DNA from: a virus
Length of the DNA stretch: 64,000 nt
Direction: 5' to 3' (one strand)
IMG/VR virus record: IMGVR_UViG_3300050821_002494
Location: 5,247 to 69,246 of that record
Shown: piece after piece, positions 27,939 through 37,572 of the stretch
Layout of the letters: every line of letters begins with the position of its first letter
Numbering within the stretch: position 1 is the first letter of the stretch
Program-made: the position numbers and the translations under genes
The notes under the pieces: generated by a model
The model's input: the letters and a program-made list of their open reading frames with translations, nothing else
Told to the model about the DNA's origin: nothing
Databases searched by the model: none

Positions 27939-28304
27939 CTAGCGCTTGATCCGTCGAGGCTTGCGCACAAGGGATGGTATATAGAGATACATCGGGTCAC
28001 CCTTGAATGCGTGCTTTGGTCTGCCTGCGGGATCGTAGTAGAGGGCGCCGTCACGATAGAGCGCCATGTGGGCGGTGCCCACCGCGTGCGTGCCATAGGC
28101 TAGGTAGGTGCTCCCGCGATGTCGAGTGAAGCGCTCGCGTGTGAGCTTGTATCCCCGGCGCCTGAAGAAGGCCGCCATCGCAGCCTCCCAGCCACATCGG
28201 CCCTTATCGATGAAGTGAGGCACACGCGAGGGGTGTATGTTGAAGAAGCACGCCACCGCGTCGCTGGCGCAGTGGCCAGCCCTAATCCTTCTGGGCTTGA
28301 TCAC
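27939..28304 (-). CDS. Papain-fold / C39-like cysteine peptidase (putative)
   Basis: GHCASDAVA ... HMALY..G.LYYDP = Cys-His-Asp order of C39-like peptidases. Confidence 0.5.
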   Translation of the reverse strand: MIKPRRIRAGHCASDAVACFFNIHPSRVPHFIDKGRCGWEAAMAAFFRRRGYKLTRERFTRHRGSTYLAYGTHAVGTAHMALYRDGALYYDPAGRPKHAFKGDPMYLYIPSLVRKPRRIKR

Positions 28305-28458
28305 GTTGCATCCACGCGAGTAGGGCGCCCTCGTCGCCTTGCTGCGAGGTAGGGCCACGCGCATTGCAGCCGAGGCAGATCACCTGACTGCGTATCCCGG
28401 TGTGCAGCACCTCATAGTAGCGGCCACCGCAGTGTGGGCAGCCCACTGGCGCGATCAC
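28282..28458 (-). CDS. Lar-family (restriction alleviation) Zn-ribbon protein, 58 aa (absent from ORF track)
   Basis: CPHCGG..VICLGCNARGP..ALLAW. Confidence 0.6.
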   Translation of the reverse strand: MIAPVGCPHCGGRYYEVLHTGIRSQVICLGCNARGPTSQQGDEGALLAWMQRDQAQKD

Positions 28459-29033
28459 GGCTTCTTACCTTCGTGTAAAGGGGAGAGGGCGGCCTCAGCT
28501 AATTCCAACGCCAGCATTTGCGATGGGTCCGAGAAGTGAGGTTTCGCGAGCGCTATTAGGTTCCGCAGCGCTTCCCTCACTCCCTCACCGTCCTCTGCTG
28601 GCGCGGATGGGCGTGCTGGGGCATCGTTAGGATCACAGTCGCACTCGCCACGACACGCGGGGTAACGGCAACGCGCGGATGGGCGTGTGAGAGCGCGGAT
28701 GTCTCTCGTGATTGCAGCGGCAGCGGCTCGATATCCTTTGTCCCAAGGCTCAACCGACTGCGGATTGACCACCGCATATTTCATCGACGCGCTTGCCGCC
28801 GCCTCTATCGCCTCGCCCCAGGATGGGCGTGCTTCGTCGCTGCGCTGGGCGCGGAGGTTCCAAGCGGCGATGGATGCAGCTTGCGTTGGAGCGAGAACTT
28901 GGCCCTGACAATCATCGCAAGCGACATACCATTCGGTGGCTGTGTCTGCGCCCTCCACGATGTTTGCACCACCGCAAAACGGGCACGGCTCCAGCCGCTC
29001 GACGATATCCGGCAGCTTCTTGTGCGAGGTCAT
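28455..29033 (-). CDS. Lar-family Zn-ribbon protein with C-terminal extension
   Basis: LEPCPFCGG..VACDDC..AAWN. Confidence 0.7.
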   Translation of the reverse strand: MTSHKKLPDIVERLEPCPFCGGANIVEGADTATEWYVACDDCQGQVLAPTQAASIAAWNLRAQRSDEARPSWGEAIEAAASASMKYAVVNPQSVEPWDKGYRAAAAAITRDIRALTRPSARCRYPACRGECDCDPNDAPARPSAPAEDGEGVREALRNLIALAKPHFSDPSQMLALELAEAALSPLHEGKKP

Positions 29034-31890
29034 GGGATGTCCTTGTAGCGAGCGTTCTCCAGCGCAGCGATGCGCCGCTCTAGGCGACCAAGCTCCAGAT
29101 CATGCCGCAGCCCAGTGCCCCTGACGTCTTGAATAAGTGGCGCCCAGATGGTGTTGAGCTGATCGCTGGCACGACAGTAGCCTGTGTGGTGATCGAGCCC
29201 CAGCCAGCGCCTAATAGCTTCCTTGATCATCGGTATCCCTCCAATGAGCGACAACCCAAGCGAACGGCTCACGCCACTCTGCTGCGTAAGCCATCTGCTC
29301 CAGCTTCTTGTTGGCGTACTTTGAGCGCGCGACGCTGCGACCCCACTTGATCTCTTCGAGGCTCTTGCGGGTGGTGTCTCTCACTCGCCGCTCTCTATGC
29401 GCTCGATCATGCGCAGCTCGGCGTCACGCCGGTAGCAGGCGACGATGCGCTCCAGCTGATGCAGCTCCTCGATCAGCCGCGTCACCACTTCACGATGCAG
29501 CGCGGCTTGCTGTTCAAGCGCCCACTTTGGGTCTATCTCGGGCTCCTGCTTAGGAATTCGCTTTGCCATCGTTGTTCTCCTCATCAATCATCTCTATGTA
29601 GATGCGGTACGGGCGATCAGGGTGAGGCCACAGCGCATCCTCCAGCTTGTCTCGGCGGTACATCACAGGGGTGCCTCGCACATCGTCTTGTGCTCGCTGA
29701 TAGAACATCACGCGGCCGGGCTCGACGTCCATCAGCTCATGCATGCGTCTACTCATCTTTCCACCCCATGCGCTGCCTTGCGCCCTTGATGGCGCGGCTG
29801 CGTGCGTGCTTGTGCTCCTCACAGAGGCGCTTGTAGAGGCCGACTGTCTCTTGGCTGCCCGATGTCACAACGAGCGCGAGCAGTGCCGCATCGTAGGAGT
29901 TGAGTGCGTCCTCAAGCTCGGTCGTGTAGGCGTCGACCGAGAGCGGATTGTAGTCTGAGCGTGTGTTCATGCTGTCCTCGTCTATTCTGATCTTGATTTT
30001 GTCCCGCTCACACATCTCTCTGATGTTGCGCAGACACTCCTCTAGTGTCACAGCATCACCACGAATATTAGTACGAACAGTGAGGCCGCCCCAACGATCA
30101 CGCCGATGCTAGAGCCGACGATCATGCCGCGTAGCCACGGCGGCATATCTATGCCGCAGTCTCTGTCGTTGTCTCTATCAGTCATGGCTTGCGCTCCGTT
30201 ATAACTACGTCGGACGGCGTGAGGGTTACGTCCAGTGTGAATTCACCCTGCGCCAGCATCTCTCGTGGGTACTTGAGTGTGCCACCGTGTGCTCGCACGA
30301 GCGCGAGCACCACAGAGTTGATTGCTGACTGTGCGTCGAGCGGCTTCGGCTGAGGTGCCGACTTAGCCTTTGCACGAGCCATATTCGGCCTCCTCGCGCG
30401 CGGCCGCATCTTCTACGTCCTGCGCTTCCCGCTTGGCTCTGATCTCTGCTCGATCCAGCCGCTCGATCTCCGCGATGCAGAGTGCCGCCGACTTCACGAG
30501 GTCACGTCGCGCCGTCGTGGGCTTGTATTGAGCGAAGTCCCACGAGCTAGGCCACATCTCATAGACGCGAGAGGTGCGGCCGCTGTGATCCTGATTGAGC
30601 GCGAAGCCACGGGAGTAGTCGTTGTAGTTGGCGCCGAAGGCGTAGGTTGCGGCGGCCGCAGCAAGCTCGCGGTCGTCATTCACGTCATCATCGAATGAGG
30701 GCGTGAACTTCTCTTCGGTTGCCTGTCGCGTGCGCTCGTTGATGATCTCCTGCACTACATTGGAGATGATCGTGGTGGTGTAGGGGACGGGCTTCTTAGC
30801 AGTCACGGCACTCTCCTTCGTCATCGCAATCCTCCTCAGGCAGCAGCGAGACAGTGACTTCGTGTTCACCACAGTCGCCGCTGAAGTAGACGCCGAGGAC
30901 GTAGCCACGAGTGACTTCCACAAGCTCGTCTTCGGTTACGGTGACGTGCGGCAGCTCGCCGTCTGTGCGGCTCCGCTGAAGCAGTACGGCCACCAATGCG
31001 GACAGCAGATCGTAGTCGTCGCGTTCCATCTTAGCCTCCTGTAGTCAGTGTGTGAACGAATGCGAAGTAGTTGTCGAAGAACTTGAAGAACCAGACGAGC
31101 GCCCACCACAGCCACGGCAGGATCATCAGGCAGACAGCGGCGCCACCGAAGCCTACAGCGAGTACCTTAGCAATCCACAGCAGAGCGTCGCCTAGGGCTC
31201 TCATTAGAAGCCTCCGCCGGCTTTCTTCAGCGTCGCATAGAGCTTAGAGAACTGCTCTGGTGATATGCCACTGATGTTTTTAGCCTCAAGGCCACTCTTC
31301 TCGCCGAGCACGCGAGTTATCAGCTGGAACTCCTGCAGCGTTAAGCCGGTGATGATGTAATGCGACGTTGTAACTTTTGCCATCGTAGCCTCCTATTTAC
31401 CGAGCTTTACCCAGCCCTGCTGCTCGATCCAGCCGAGGGCGGCACGACACATGGTGACGTAGGGGGCTCGCGCCTCGTCGCTGAGTGCAGCGAAGTGTAC
31501 GGCGTCCTTGTCACCCTCCCAGCGCGCCTTGTAGATCGCGTTGGACATCTCGTTGATGACCCACTGCGGCCACGCTACGTTGGTGGCTGGTGCGTATGTG
31601 ACGTCGGGGCTCGGGGCGTCGATGAGCTTCGTGGGCTCTGTGCCACGGGTGCCGTTGGTCACCATGCGTTGCTTTGCTTGTCCCATGTCTACTCCACGTC
31701 TGTCCTGAGTGGTGTCACTAGCGTGCCGAGGCGTTCCAGCTGATCGACGTCGATGCCAAGCTCATGCAGCAGCGCCGACGCCGTAGCGAGGTCTCGTGCC
31801 GCGATGAACTCCTCACCGAGGGCGCCTTGGCGCCTGAAGCGATAGAGGTTGGTGCGCCGCACCTTGCCGTTGAAGGTGATGTCGGTCATT
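29030..31890 (-). other. Run of small hypothetical genes (29030-29272, 29381-29587, 29749-30051, 30182-30382, 30796-31029, 31393-31686 and others)
   Basis: Abutting ORFs with RBSs. Confidence 0.6.
30363..30806 (-). CDS. Conserved all-helical phage protein (possibly MazG-like)
   Basis: ERTRQ..DD..ELAAAA..YA..WP..W..KP..RRDLVKSAALCIAEIERLDR; GTG start with AGGAG. Confidence 0.55.
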   Translation of the reverse strand: MTAKKPVPYTTTIISNVVQEIINERTRQATEEKFTPSFDDDVNDDRELAAAAATYAFGANYNDYSRGFALNQDHSGRTSRVYEMWPSSWDFAQYKPTTARRDLVKSAALCIAEIERLDRAEIRAKREAQDVEDAAAREEAEYGSCKG

Positions 31891-32251
31891 TGCCTTTCCT
31901 CTTCTCTTCGTCGATCTGACACAACGCGAGGATGCGCCACGCCGCGTGAGCGAGATGCGTCTCGCCGTCTTCCGGGTCGATCTCGTTGCGAGTGGCCATG
32001 TGACGCACGACGCAGTTGGCGTGGTCGTTGCTCTTGCCTCGCGTCCACTGCAGCGGCGTGCCTACGCCGTTGTGTTTCGCGTTGCCCTTGTAGCTCACGC
32101 GCGCCACCGCCGCGATAGCGTCGGGGAAGTAGTCGAGGACGCCCTCGCACATCGGTGTCTCTTTGCGCCGCTGGCTTTCGCTGACTGCAGAGGGCTCGCC
32201 CTTGATCTTGTAGATGATGATGTCGTCGTCGACTTTCATGGTCTTGCTCAC
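31886..32251 (-). CDS. dATP/dGTP diphosphohydrolase-like protein (DUF5664-type)
   Basis: FPDAIAAVARVS..G..KH..W.RG..RH..D.EDG..HLAHAAW. Confidence 0.75.
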   Translation of the reverse strand: MSKTMKVDDDIIIYKIKGEPSAVSESQRRKETPMCEGVLDYFPDAIAAVARVSYKGNAKHNGVGTPLQWTRGKSNDHANCVVRHMATRNEIDPEDGETHLAHAAWRILALCQIDEEKRKGK

Positions 32252-32598
32252 ATGTACCTCACCACAAGTCCGAGGGCGTTGGCGGTCGCTAATTCGGCTC
32301 GGGCGCCCTTGCTGTTTTCCCAGCCCGGCAGCAGAGCAATGCACTCCGCCTCCGCACAGATATAGGCGAGGTCTTGACCTAGCGCCACACGAAGATTGAA
32401 GCCGTGCTCCTTAGCGCTCTGGGCCTCGTCACCTGTCGCGTTGCCCTTCGAGATGTCGGTGCCGTGGCGCTCGATGTCCTTCTCTGCGGGATTGAAGACC
32501 TCGTGGCCTTCGGCCCTCAGCTTGGCCGCCGCCGCGTGGAACGCCGGAAAGTTGAATTCCGGGATGCCACGCATGGGGCCAGCGAGATAGAACTTCAC
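32248..32598 (-). CDS. DUF4406 / nucleoside 2-deoxyribosyltransferase-like protein
   Basis: YLAGPMRG..FNFPAF..NPA..D..LPGWENSKGARAE. Confidence 0.85.
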   Translation of the reverse strand: MKFYLAGPMRGIPEFNFPAFHAAAAKLRAEGHEVFNPAEKDIERHGTDISKGNATGDEAQSAKEHGFNLRVALGQDLAYICAEAECIALLPGWENSKGARAELATANALGLVVRYM

Positions 32599-32975
32599 TT
32601 CTGCACCATAGACGTGCCGTCGATGGCCGGTATGGCTTCGCCGGGCTTCTTGACGACGACGGAGAATTCTTGGCTGTCGCCGTATGGGTCACCCACCATC
32701 GCCATCGTGCAGTCGTTGATGGATTTCAGCTCGTCGTGGGTGAACGTCACCTCGCCACCGGCCTTGACGATCATCCATGCCAACAGATAGGCCGTGAGGT
32801 CGGGGTTGTTTTGGAAGATGTCGATCACCCGGCCCAGACGGCTGCCGTCTTCTGAGACGTAGTCGGCGGCCGCCGCGACCTTGTCGTTATCGAACATCGG
32901 CACCACTCCCTTCTCGGCCATCTCTTTGAGTATGCCTTGGACTACGTTTTCCTGTTCCTTGGTGAGCTTGGGCAT
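32595..32975 (-). CDS. Small protein, helix-GG-strand paralogue
   Basis: LLAWMIVKAGGEVTFTHDEL. Confidence 0.6.
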   Translation of the reverse strand: MPKLTKEQENVVQGILKEMAEKGVVPMFDNDKVAAAADYVSEDGSRLGRVIDIFQNNPDLTAYLLAWMIVKAGGEVTFTHDELKSINDCTMAMVGDPYGDSQEFSVVVKKPGEAIPAIDGTSMVQK

Positions 32976-32984
32976 GATGTACTC

Positions 32985-33254
32985 CTAGTTCAGCTGGGTT
33001 TTGCCGGGCTTGGCATTGAAAGTATAGTCGAGACCTGAGGTTGCGCGCGAGGCGGCCTCGGGGTTGGTGAGTAGCGTGATGTCCATCTTCTGCATGTCGG
33101 CGTGAGTGTGCAGACCGATGCCGTATGCGCTGGCTTCCTCCATCTCTGCCAGCGTTATCGTTACCTTCTCGGTGCCTAGGCGACGCATCAGCGCCGCACA
33201 GAGCGCGATGAAGTACTCGGGGTGCTCTTCCACGATGTTATTGTTCTGGTTCAT
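32985..33254 (-). CDS. Small protein, helix-G-strand paralogue
   Basis: LCAALMRRLGTEKVTITLAEM. Confidence 0.6.
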   Translation of the reverse strand: MNQNNNIVEEHPEYFIALCAALMRRLGTEKVTITLAEMEEASAYGIGLHTHADMQKMDITLLTNPEAASRATSGLDYTFNAKPGKTQLN

Positions 33255-33532
33255 TGGGCTTCACCTTGTAGTCCCCTAGCGATCACCTCTCGGATGATCT
33301 TCTCTCGCATCTCCTCCCGCGTGATGGCACCGATGTGCAGCACGTTTGGGTTGTTGGGGCTGTCGGCCAGCGTCAGCACGTAGTCTCGCATCTCCGCCAG
33401 CTCACTTTTGTTCAGCCGCAACGTGCCACCCTTTTTAATCATAAGGGCCACGACTGCGGCCGCTATGGTCGGCTTCTCGGGCTCCGGCAGCGGCGGCATC
33501 TCGGTCGCAACCACTAGTTGATCAGTCGTCAT
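33251..33532 (-). CDS. Small protein, helix-GG-strand paralogue
   Basis: VVALMIKKGGTLRLNKSEL. Confidence 0.6.
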   Translation of the reverse strand: MTTDQLVVATEMPPLPEPEKPTIAAAVVALMIKKGGTLRLNKSELAEMRDYVLTLADSPNNPNVLHIGAITREEMREKIIREVIARGLQGEAQ

Positions 33533-33830
33533 CGGGGACCTCCATCACGCCGCCGATCTGGATGCCGGTTACGCCCTCGGCCAGCCGCGCCTCGACGAAG
33601 CCACCGACGAGCCGCGCCTCGACATATTCAACTGAGCCCATGCCGTCGCCCGGCCTCTGCCAGTAGACACGGTGCTGTCGCTTCATCTTCTTCGGCAGCC
33701 TCTCGCTGACGTAGGTCATCACGCGCTGCAGTGCGCGGTCGAAGACACCGCAGCCTCGATCAACGGCGCGTACTACTCGCAGCGTCTTGAGGTCTTCGCG
33801 GACTTGCTCATCTGTGGTGAGTGGCATCAC
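33522..33830 (-). CDS. Hypothetical protein
   Basis: ORF track, overlapping start/stop. Confidence 0.55.
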   Translation of the reverse strand: MMPLTTDEQVREDLKTLRVVRAVDRGCGVFDRALQRVMTYVSERLPKKMKRQHRVYWQRPGDGMGSVEYVEARLVGGFVEARLAEGVTGIQIGGVMEVPDDD

Positions 33831-34153
33831 TTACTCCTCTTCGCAGGAAGCCCATATAGTGCGCGCAACTCCTTTTGCCTAGTGGCTTCATGATGGAGCA
33901 CGTCGGCCGCCATCTTAAGCACCTCCGCCTCTGTGTGCTTGCGCACGCCGACGCGGATGAAGCCCTTCAGCCGGGGGTCGTCGATGCCTGCATTGTAGAC
34001 CTCGACGCCTGTACGCCTCAGGACGTTCTTGGCGGCCTCTAGGCGGCTGCGCTGACCGCGCTTGGCGTCGCCTGCCTTCCGCTTCCTCCGTTGCTTGCGT
34101 GCGGCGGCGCTGCGCTGCCCCACAGTGAGGTTATTCCGGTTGCGTCCATCCAT
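33827..34153 (-). CDS. Basic hypothetical protein, first gene of leftward operon
   Basis: GGAG RBS; Arg/Lys-rich. Confidence 0.6.
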   Translation of the reverse strand: MDGRNRNNLTVGQRSAAARKQRRKRKAGDAKRGQRSRLEAAKNVLRRTGVEVYNAGIDDPRLKGFIRVGVRKHTEAEVLKMAADVLHHEATRQKELRALYGLPAKRSK

Positions 34154-34176
34154 CTGTCCATTACTCCCATATACTG

Positions 34177-34230
34177 GGGTAAGGCCGCGCGATGGGGCTT
34201 GTCAAGCGGCTGCGAGAGGCGTATATGGTT
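34177..34230. promoter_or_regulatory. Back-to-back promoters sharing CTTGTCAAG core at the strand switch
   Basis: Plus TTGTCA..TATATG; minus TTGACA..TACCCC; related CTTGACAAG core at 43657. Confidence 0.55.
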
Positions 34231-34253
34231 GGGCTCACTGCTGGAGGCAAGTC

Positions 34254-34664
34254 ATGAAGATACCCGACAGACAGCTTTATCCCGACCCCGTGACTGCCTT
34301 CGAGTTCGGGCAGCGCTGCGCCCGCAACTTCGCGGACATGGACCGCCCCGTGACCGACTTCCGCTGGATGTTCGACAACCGCGACGGCACCGAGGGGACG
34401 TGGGAGGACTTCTGCGAGGGCTTCAACGGCTTCAGGCCCTGCACCCACTTCGTGGGCTTCAGGGGCGAGGAGTTCTGGTCAGCGGTGCGCGTGTGGGGCC
34501 GCCCCGACTTCACGCACCGCCACTGGGACCGCCGCGTGCCCGGCGACGTCGCGCCCGGCGACACGGTGGTGTTCGCGCGAGGCACCGATCAGGACCCCTT
34601 CGTGCCGTTCGTGTTCAACGACAGCGACGTGGATGTGCAGGCCTTTGAAAATAAATCGCGCTAG
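34254..34664 (+). CDS. Hypothetical early protein
   Basis: GGAGG RBS; HFVGFRG..WGRPDF.H..WD.R motif. Confidence 0.7.
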   Translation: MKIPDRQLYPDPVTAFEFGQRCARNFADMDRPVTDFRWMFDNRDGTEGTWEDFCEGFNGFRPCTHFVGFRGEEFWSAVRVWGRPDFTHRHWDRRVPGDVAPGDTVVFARGTDQDPFVPFVFNDSDVDVQAFENKSR

Positions 34665-34703
34665 GGTGTTGACGACCCCGCCAAGAGGGAGTAAGTAGAG
34701 GTC

Positions 34704-34859
34704 ATGTTTGATTTTCCCCTCGCCTTCTTCGATGCGATCCGGCTTCGGATCGAGTTCGAGATGTTCCGGTCTCTCAGCCGGAACCACCACTTCGACGACG
34801 CCACCGGCCGGAGGCACTTCGTTGCGGCCCGGCTGGCGGCCTTCAAGAGGGCAAAATAA
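34704..34859 (+). CDS. 51-aa leaderless early protein (absent from ORF track)
   Basis: ATG 6 nt after -10; MFDFPLAFF..AFKRAK; stop lies in next cassette. Confidence 0.55.
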   Translation: MFDFPLAFFDAIRLRIEFEMFRSLSRNHHFDDATGRRHFVAARLAAFKRAK

Positions 34860-34930
34860 ATCGCGCTAGGGGGTTGCAATCCCCTAGCTTCGGGCGCATA
34901 TTAAAGGCTCACCAGCCGGAGATCGCCACC

Positions 34931-35428
34931 ATGGCCAAGTCATTCTACGCAGTCGACCCTCAGGGCGTCGTCCACATCCGCAAGAGCCAGAACCGTACCT
35001 ACGTCGCGACCGTGGTCGTCCGCGTCGGTCGTACACAGGTCGACCGCTACTTCGCCCGCGTCGAGGCCGAAGGCAAGCGGGCCGGCGAGAGCTACGACCG
35101 CACGGTCGACGAGAGCAAGGGCATCTTCCCGAAGCGCGAGCAGTGGCGCGGACCGGAGGCCCTCAAGAGCTGGCAGGACTTCGCCGTCAAGTACCTCGTC
35201 AAGCCTGACGGCTACGGCCCCGGCCGCGACGCCGCCATCGCGAAGGCGAAGGCGCACGCCCTCAAGGTGGCGGAGGAGTACGAGGCCAGCGGCCGCTGGG
35301 ACCGCTATGAGAACGCCGGCTGGACCAGCCGCACTGACCTCGCGCAGAAGCTGGCGGCCCAGACGGGCGGCGAGCAGGTGGTCATCCTCGAAGCCATCGA
35401 GGGCAAGCCACCGAAGGCCGCAAAATAA
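34931..35428 (+). CDS. Hypothetical early protein
   Basis: GGAG RBS after promoter. Confidence 0.7.
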   Translation: MAKSFYAVDPQGVVHIRKSQNRTYVATVVVRVGRTQVDRYFARVEAEGKRAGESYDRTVDESKGIFPKREQWRGPEALKSWQDFAVKYLVKPDGYGPGRDAAIAKAKAHALKVAEEYEASGRWDRYENAGWTSRTDLAQKLAAQTGGEQVVILEAIEGKPPKAAK

Positions 35429-35503
35429 ATCTCCCAGACCCCTTGTGCGGCCCGGCGAACGGGAGTACAAGGGGTCCTCGCCACCAACAACTAGGAGTTC
35501 ACC

Positions 35504-35758
35504 ATGTCTGTATTCAATCGCGATATGAACCTGATGGCACGCGGCAACCCCGGCGTCGCCGAGCGCGTGCTGGGTGCCCCCGCCCTCGACCGGGACCCGA
35601 TGCCGGCCTCGCCGGTCGAGCGCCTGATGAAGCAGGCCCAGACCGCCATCGAGCAGGCGATGCACGACGACGACAGCATCGAGGCGGCCATCGCCGTGGA
35701 TGACGCCATGAGCTTCCTGCGGAGGGCGCAGGAGCTGATCCGAGAGGAGATGCAGTGA
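35504..35758 (+). CDS. Hypothetical early protein
   Basis: AGGAG RBS after promoter. Confidence 0.65.
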   Translation: MSVFNRDMNLMARGNPGVAERVLGAPALDRDPMPASPVERLMKQAQTAIEQAMHDDDSIEAAIAVDDAMSFLRRAQELIREEMQ

Positions 35759-36035
35759 TGAGCGACCTCACCCTAGCCACCTATCTGGAGGGCAACTATC
35801 AGGCCTATGCGAGCGATCCTCGCATGGTCGTGCCCTTCACCCGTGACGTGTGGCTGCGCAGCCACACCGAGGAGCGCTACCACAACGGCCGCGTGATCCG
35901 GGTCGGCAACTGGCAGCGGATGGAGGACGTCGACGCCTGAAAATAAATCGGGTGGGGGGTATTGCAATCCCCACCCAGAGGGTTTAAGTAGAGTTCTCCA
36001 CCGCGTAGAGTTCCACCCCACACCGGAGTTCCCGG

Positions 36036-36584
36036 ATGTCCTACCCTCACGTCGACAACACTCTCGCCAAGGCGACCAAGGAGATCGTCTCGGCGATCAT
36101 GCCCGCCGGCTTCGATACGGCGCACGACGATGCGGCCCCCGGCTCGCTGGAGGCCTGCACCGACTACTTCAAGAGCCACGGCCGGATGTGCGTCGGTGAG
36201 GGCTTCAATGCCCGCACCTCCATCTTCGCCGACGCATGGACGACCCACGCCTTCGCGGCGTGGCACGACTTCTGCCACGTTCAGGGGCAGTGCGCATTCG
36301 ACCCGGCCGGCGAGCGCCGCGTCGACGAGATCATGCAGCAGCATCTGGCTCGGTGGTGGACGACCTCCGCCCGCCCGGTGACGCAGGACGCCTTCCTGAG
36401 GGCCAGCGCGGTCCTCAAGATGTTCAATCTCGGCCGGCTGGAGTACTGGCTGGAGTACGGCGAGCAGCCGGCAGACCCCCGCCAGTTCCTCTACGGCTAC
36501 CTGACGGCGCAGGCGCGCATCGCCCAGCCGGAGCCCTGCAGCAAGCAGAGCGACACCGTGATACCGATGGTGAGGGCCCTCTAG
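36036..36584 (+). CDS. Zincin-like protein with HDxxH variant motif
   Basis: FAAWHDFCH..F...GE. Confidence 0.45.
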   Translation: MSYPHVDNTLAKATKEIVSAIMPAGFDTAHDDAAPGSLEACTDYFKSHGRMCVGEGFNARTSIFADAWTTHAFAAWHDFCHVQGQCAFDPAGERRVDEIMQQHLARWWTTSARPVTQDAFLRASAVLKMFNLGRLEYWLEYGEQPADPRQFLYGYLTAQARIAQPEPCSKQSDTVIPMVRAL

Positions 36585-36619
36585 GCCCTCACTTCCACCC
36601 CACCCAACAGGAGATTGTC

Positions 36620-36811
36620 ATGACCAAGGAATACATGGAGCTGCTGCTCAGAGAAGCCGCAGAGGCCCACCACACCTACGAGGCCACACTCGGCCACCCC
36701 GACGAGAACTGGCAGGGCTGGTACGCCCAGCACATGGTCGAGCAGCTGGACCGCGACGCGGCCACGCTCGACGCCCCTGCCAACTTCGGCTACCGCTTCG
36801 CGAACCACTAA
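36620..36811 (+). CDS. Small hypothetical protein
   Basis: AGGAG RBS; AHH.YE..D.NW..WYA. Confidence 0.6.
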   Translation: MTKEYMELLLREAAEAHHTYEATLGHPDENWQGWYAQHMVEQLDRDAATLDAPANFGYRFANH

Positions 36812-36827
36812 ACCAACGGAGACTACG

Positions 36828-37370
36828 ATGATCGACCAGACATTTGCAGACGTCGCTACGCCGCTGATCCGCGCCCGGCTGGAGAAGGTTCTCGGCATCG
36901 AGTTCCCAAAGGTGCCTGTCGTCGTGAAGGAGCACCTCACATGGGAGGACAGCTGGGGCTACACCCCAGAAGACGTCGCCGAGTACCCCGCCGGCCCCGA
37001 GGGCGTCGCGATGGGCATCACCAACTTCGATCAGGACGAGGTGGCCGCCCCCAACCATGTGATCCTGTACGCCAAGCAGCTGAGCCCTAGCTACAACATG
37101 ATGGCGGCACTGATGACAGGCGTGGGTCCATTCGATGAGTACGCGTGGGCAGCTGCCGTGCTGGCGCACGAGCTGATCCACACCACCCTGCCGGCCTACT
37201 ATGGCCATGTGGGAGCCTTCGTTGACCGCGCGCGCCGCGCCGGCCTCATTGGTCCCCCGACGTCTTCCTTCCCGGGGTCAGACTTCGCGCAGTGGGTCGA
37301 GCAGGTGGTCGTGCCGGCCTATAAAAAAGTGGCCAGCCCTATTGCAATCTCCCGCGTGATGGGAGTATAA
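36828..37370 (+). CDS. SprT-like Zn metalloprotease
   Basis: LAHELIH..GH..F..GL.GP. Confidence 0.7.
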   Translation: MIDQTFADVATPLIRARLEKVLGIEFPKVPVVVKEHLTWEDSWGYTPEDVAEYPAGPEGVAMGITNFDQDEVAAPNHVILYAKQLSPSYNMMAALMTGVGPFDEYAWAAAVLAHELIHTTLPAYYGHVGAFVDRARRAGLIGPPTSSFPGSDFAQWVEQVVVPAYKKVASPIAISRVMGV

Positions 37371-37572
37371 GAGGGCTCCAACAACGGAGTGACCCGAGAT
37401 GATGCTCTCTTTCGTAGCTGCCCAGATGCTCCTCGCCCGCGGCAACGCAGGCGTCGAGGCGGAGTTTGAGGCCCGCGAGCAGGCCGACATCGAGGCGCGG
37501 GCGGTGCGCAACGCGCCCGCGCAGTACTCCCGCCTGCCGGCGGCTCGTGAACAGATGGACCCGGAGTAGATC

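Noticed and set aside
28600-28835. Three GGATGGGCGTG repeats
   Set aside because: Encode short RPS linkers typical of mosaic Lar-fusion genes; no further structure seen
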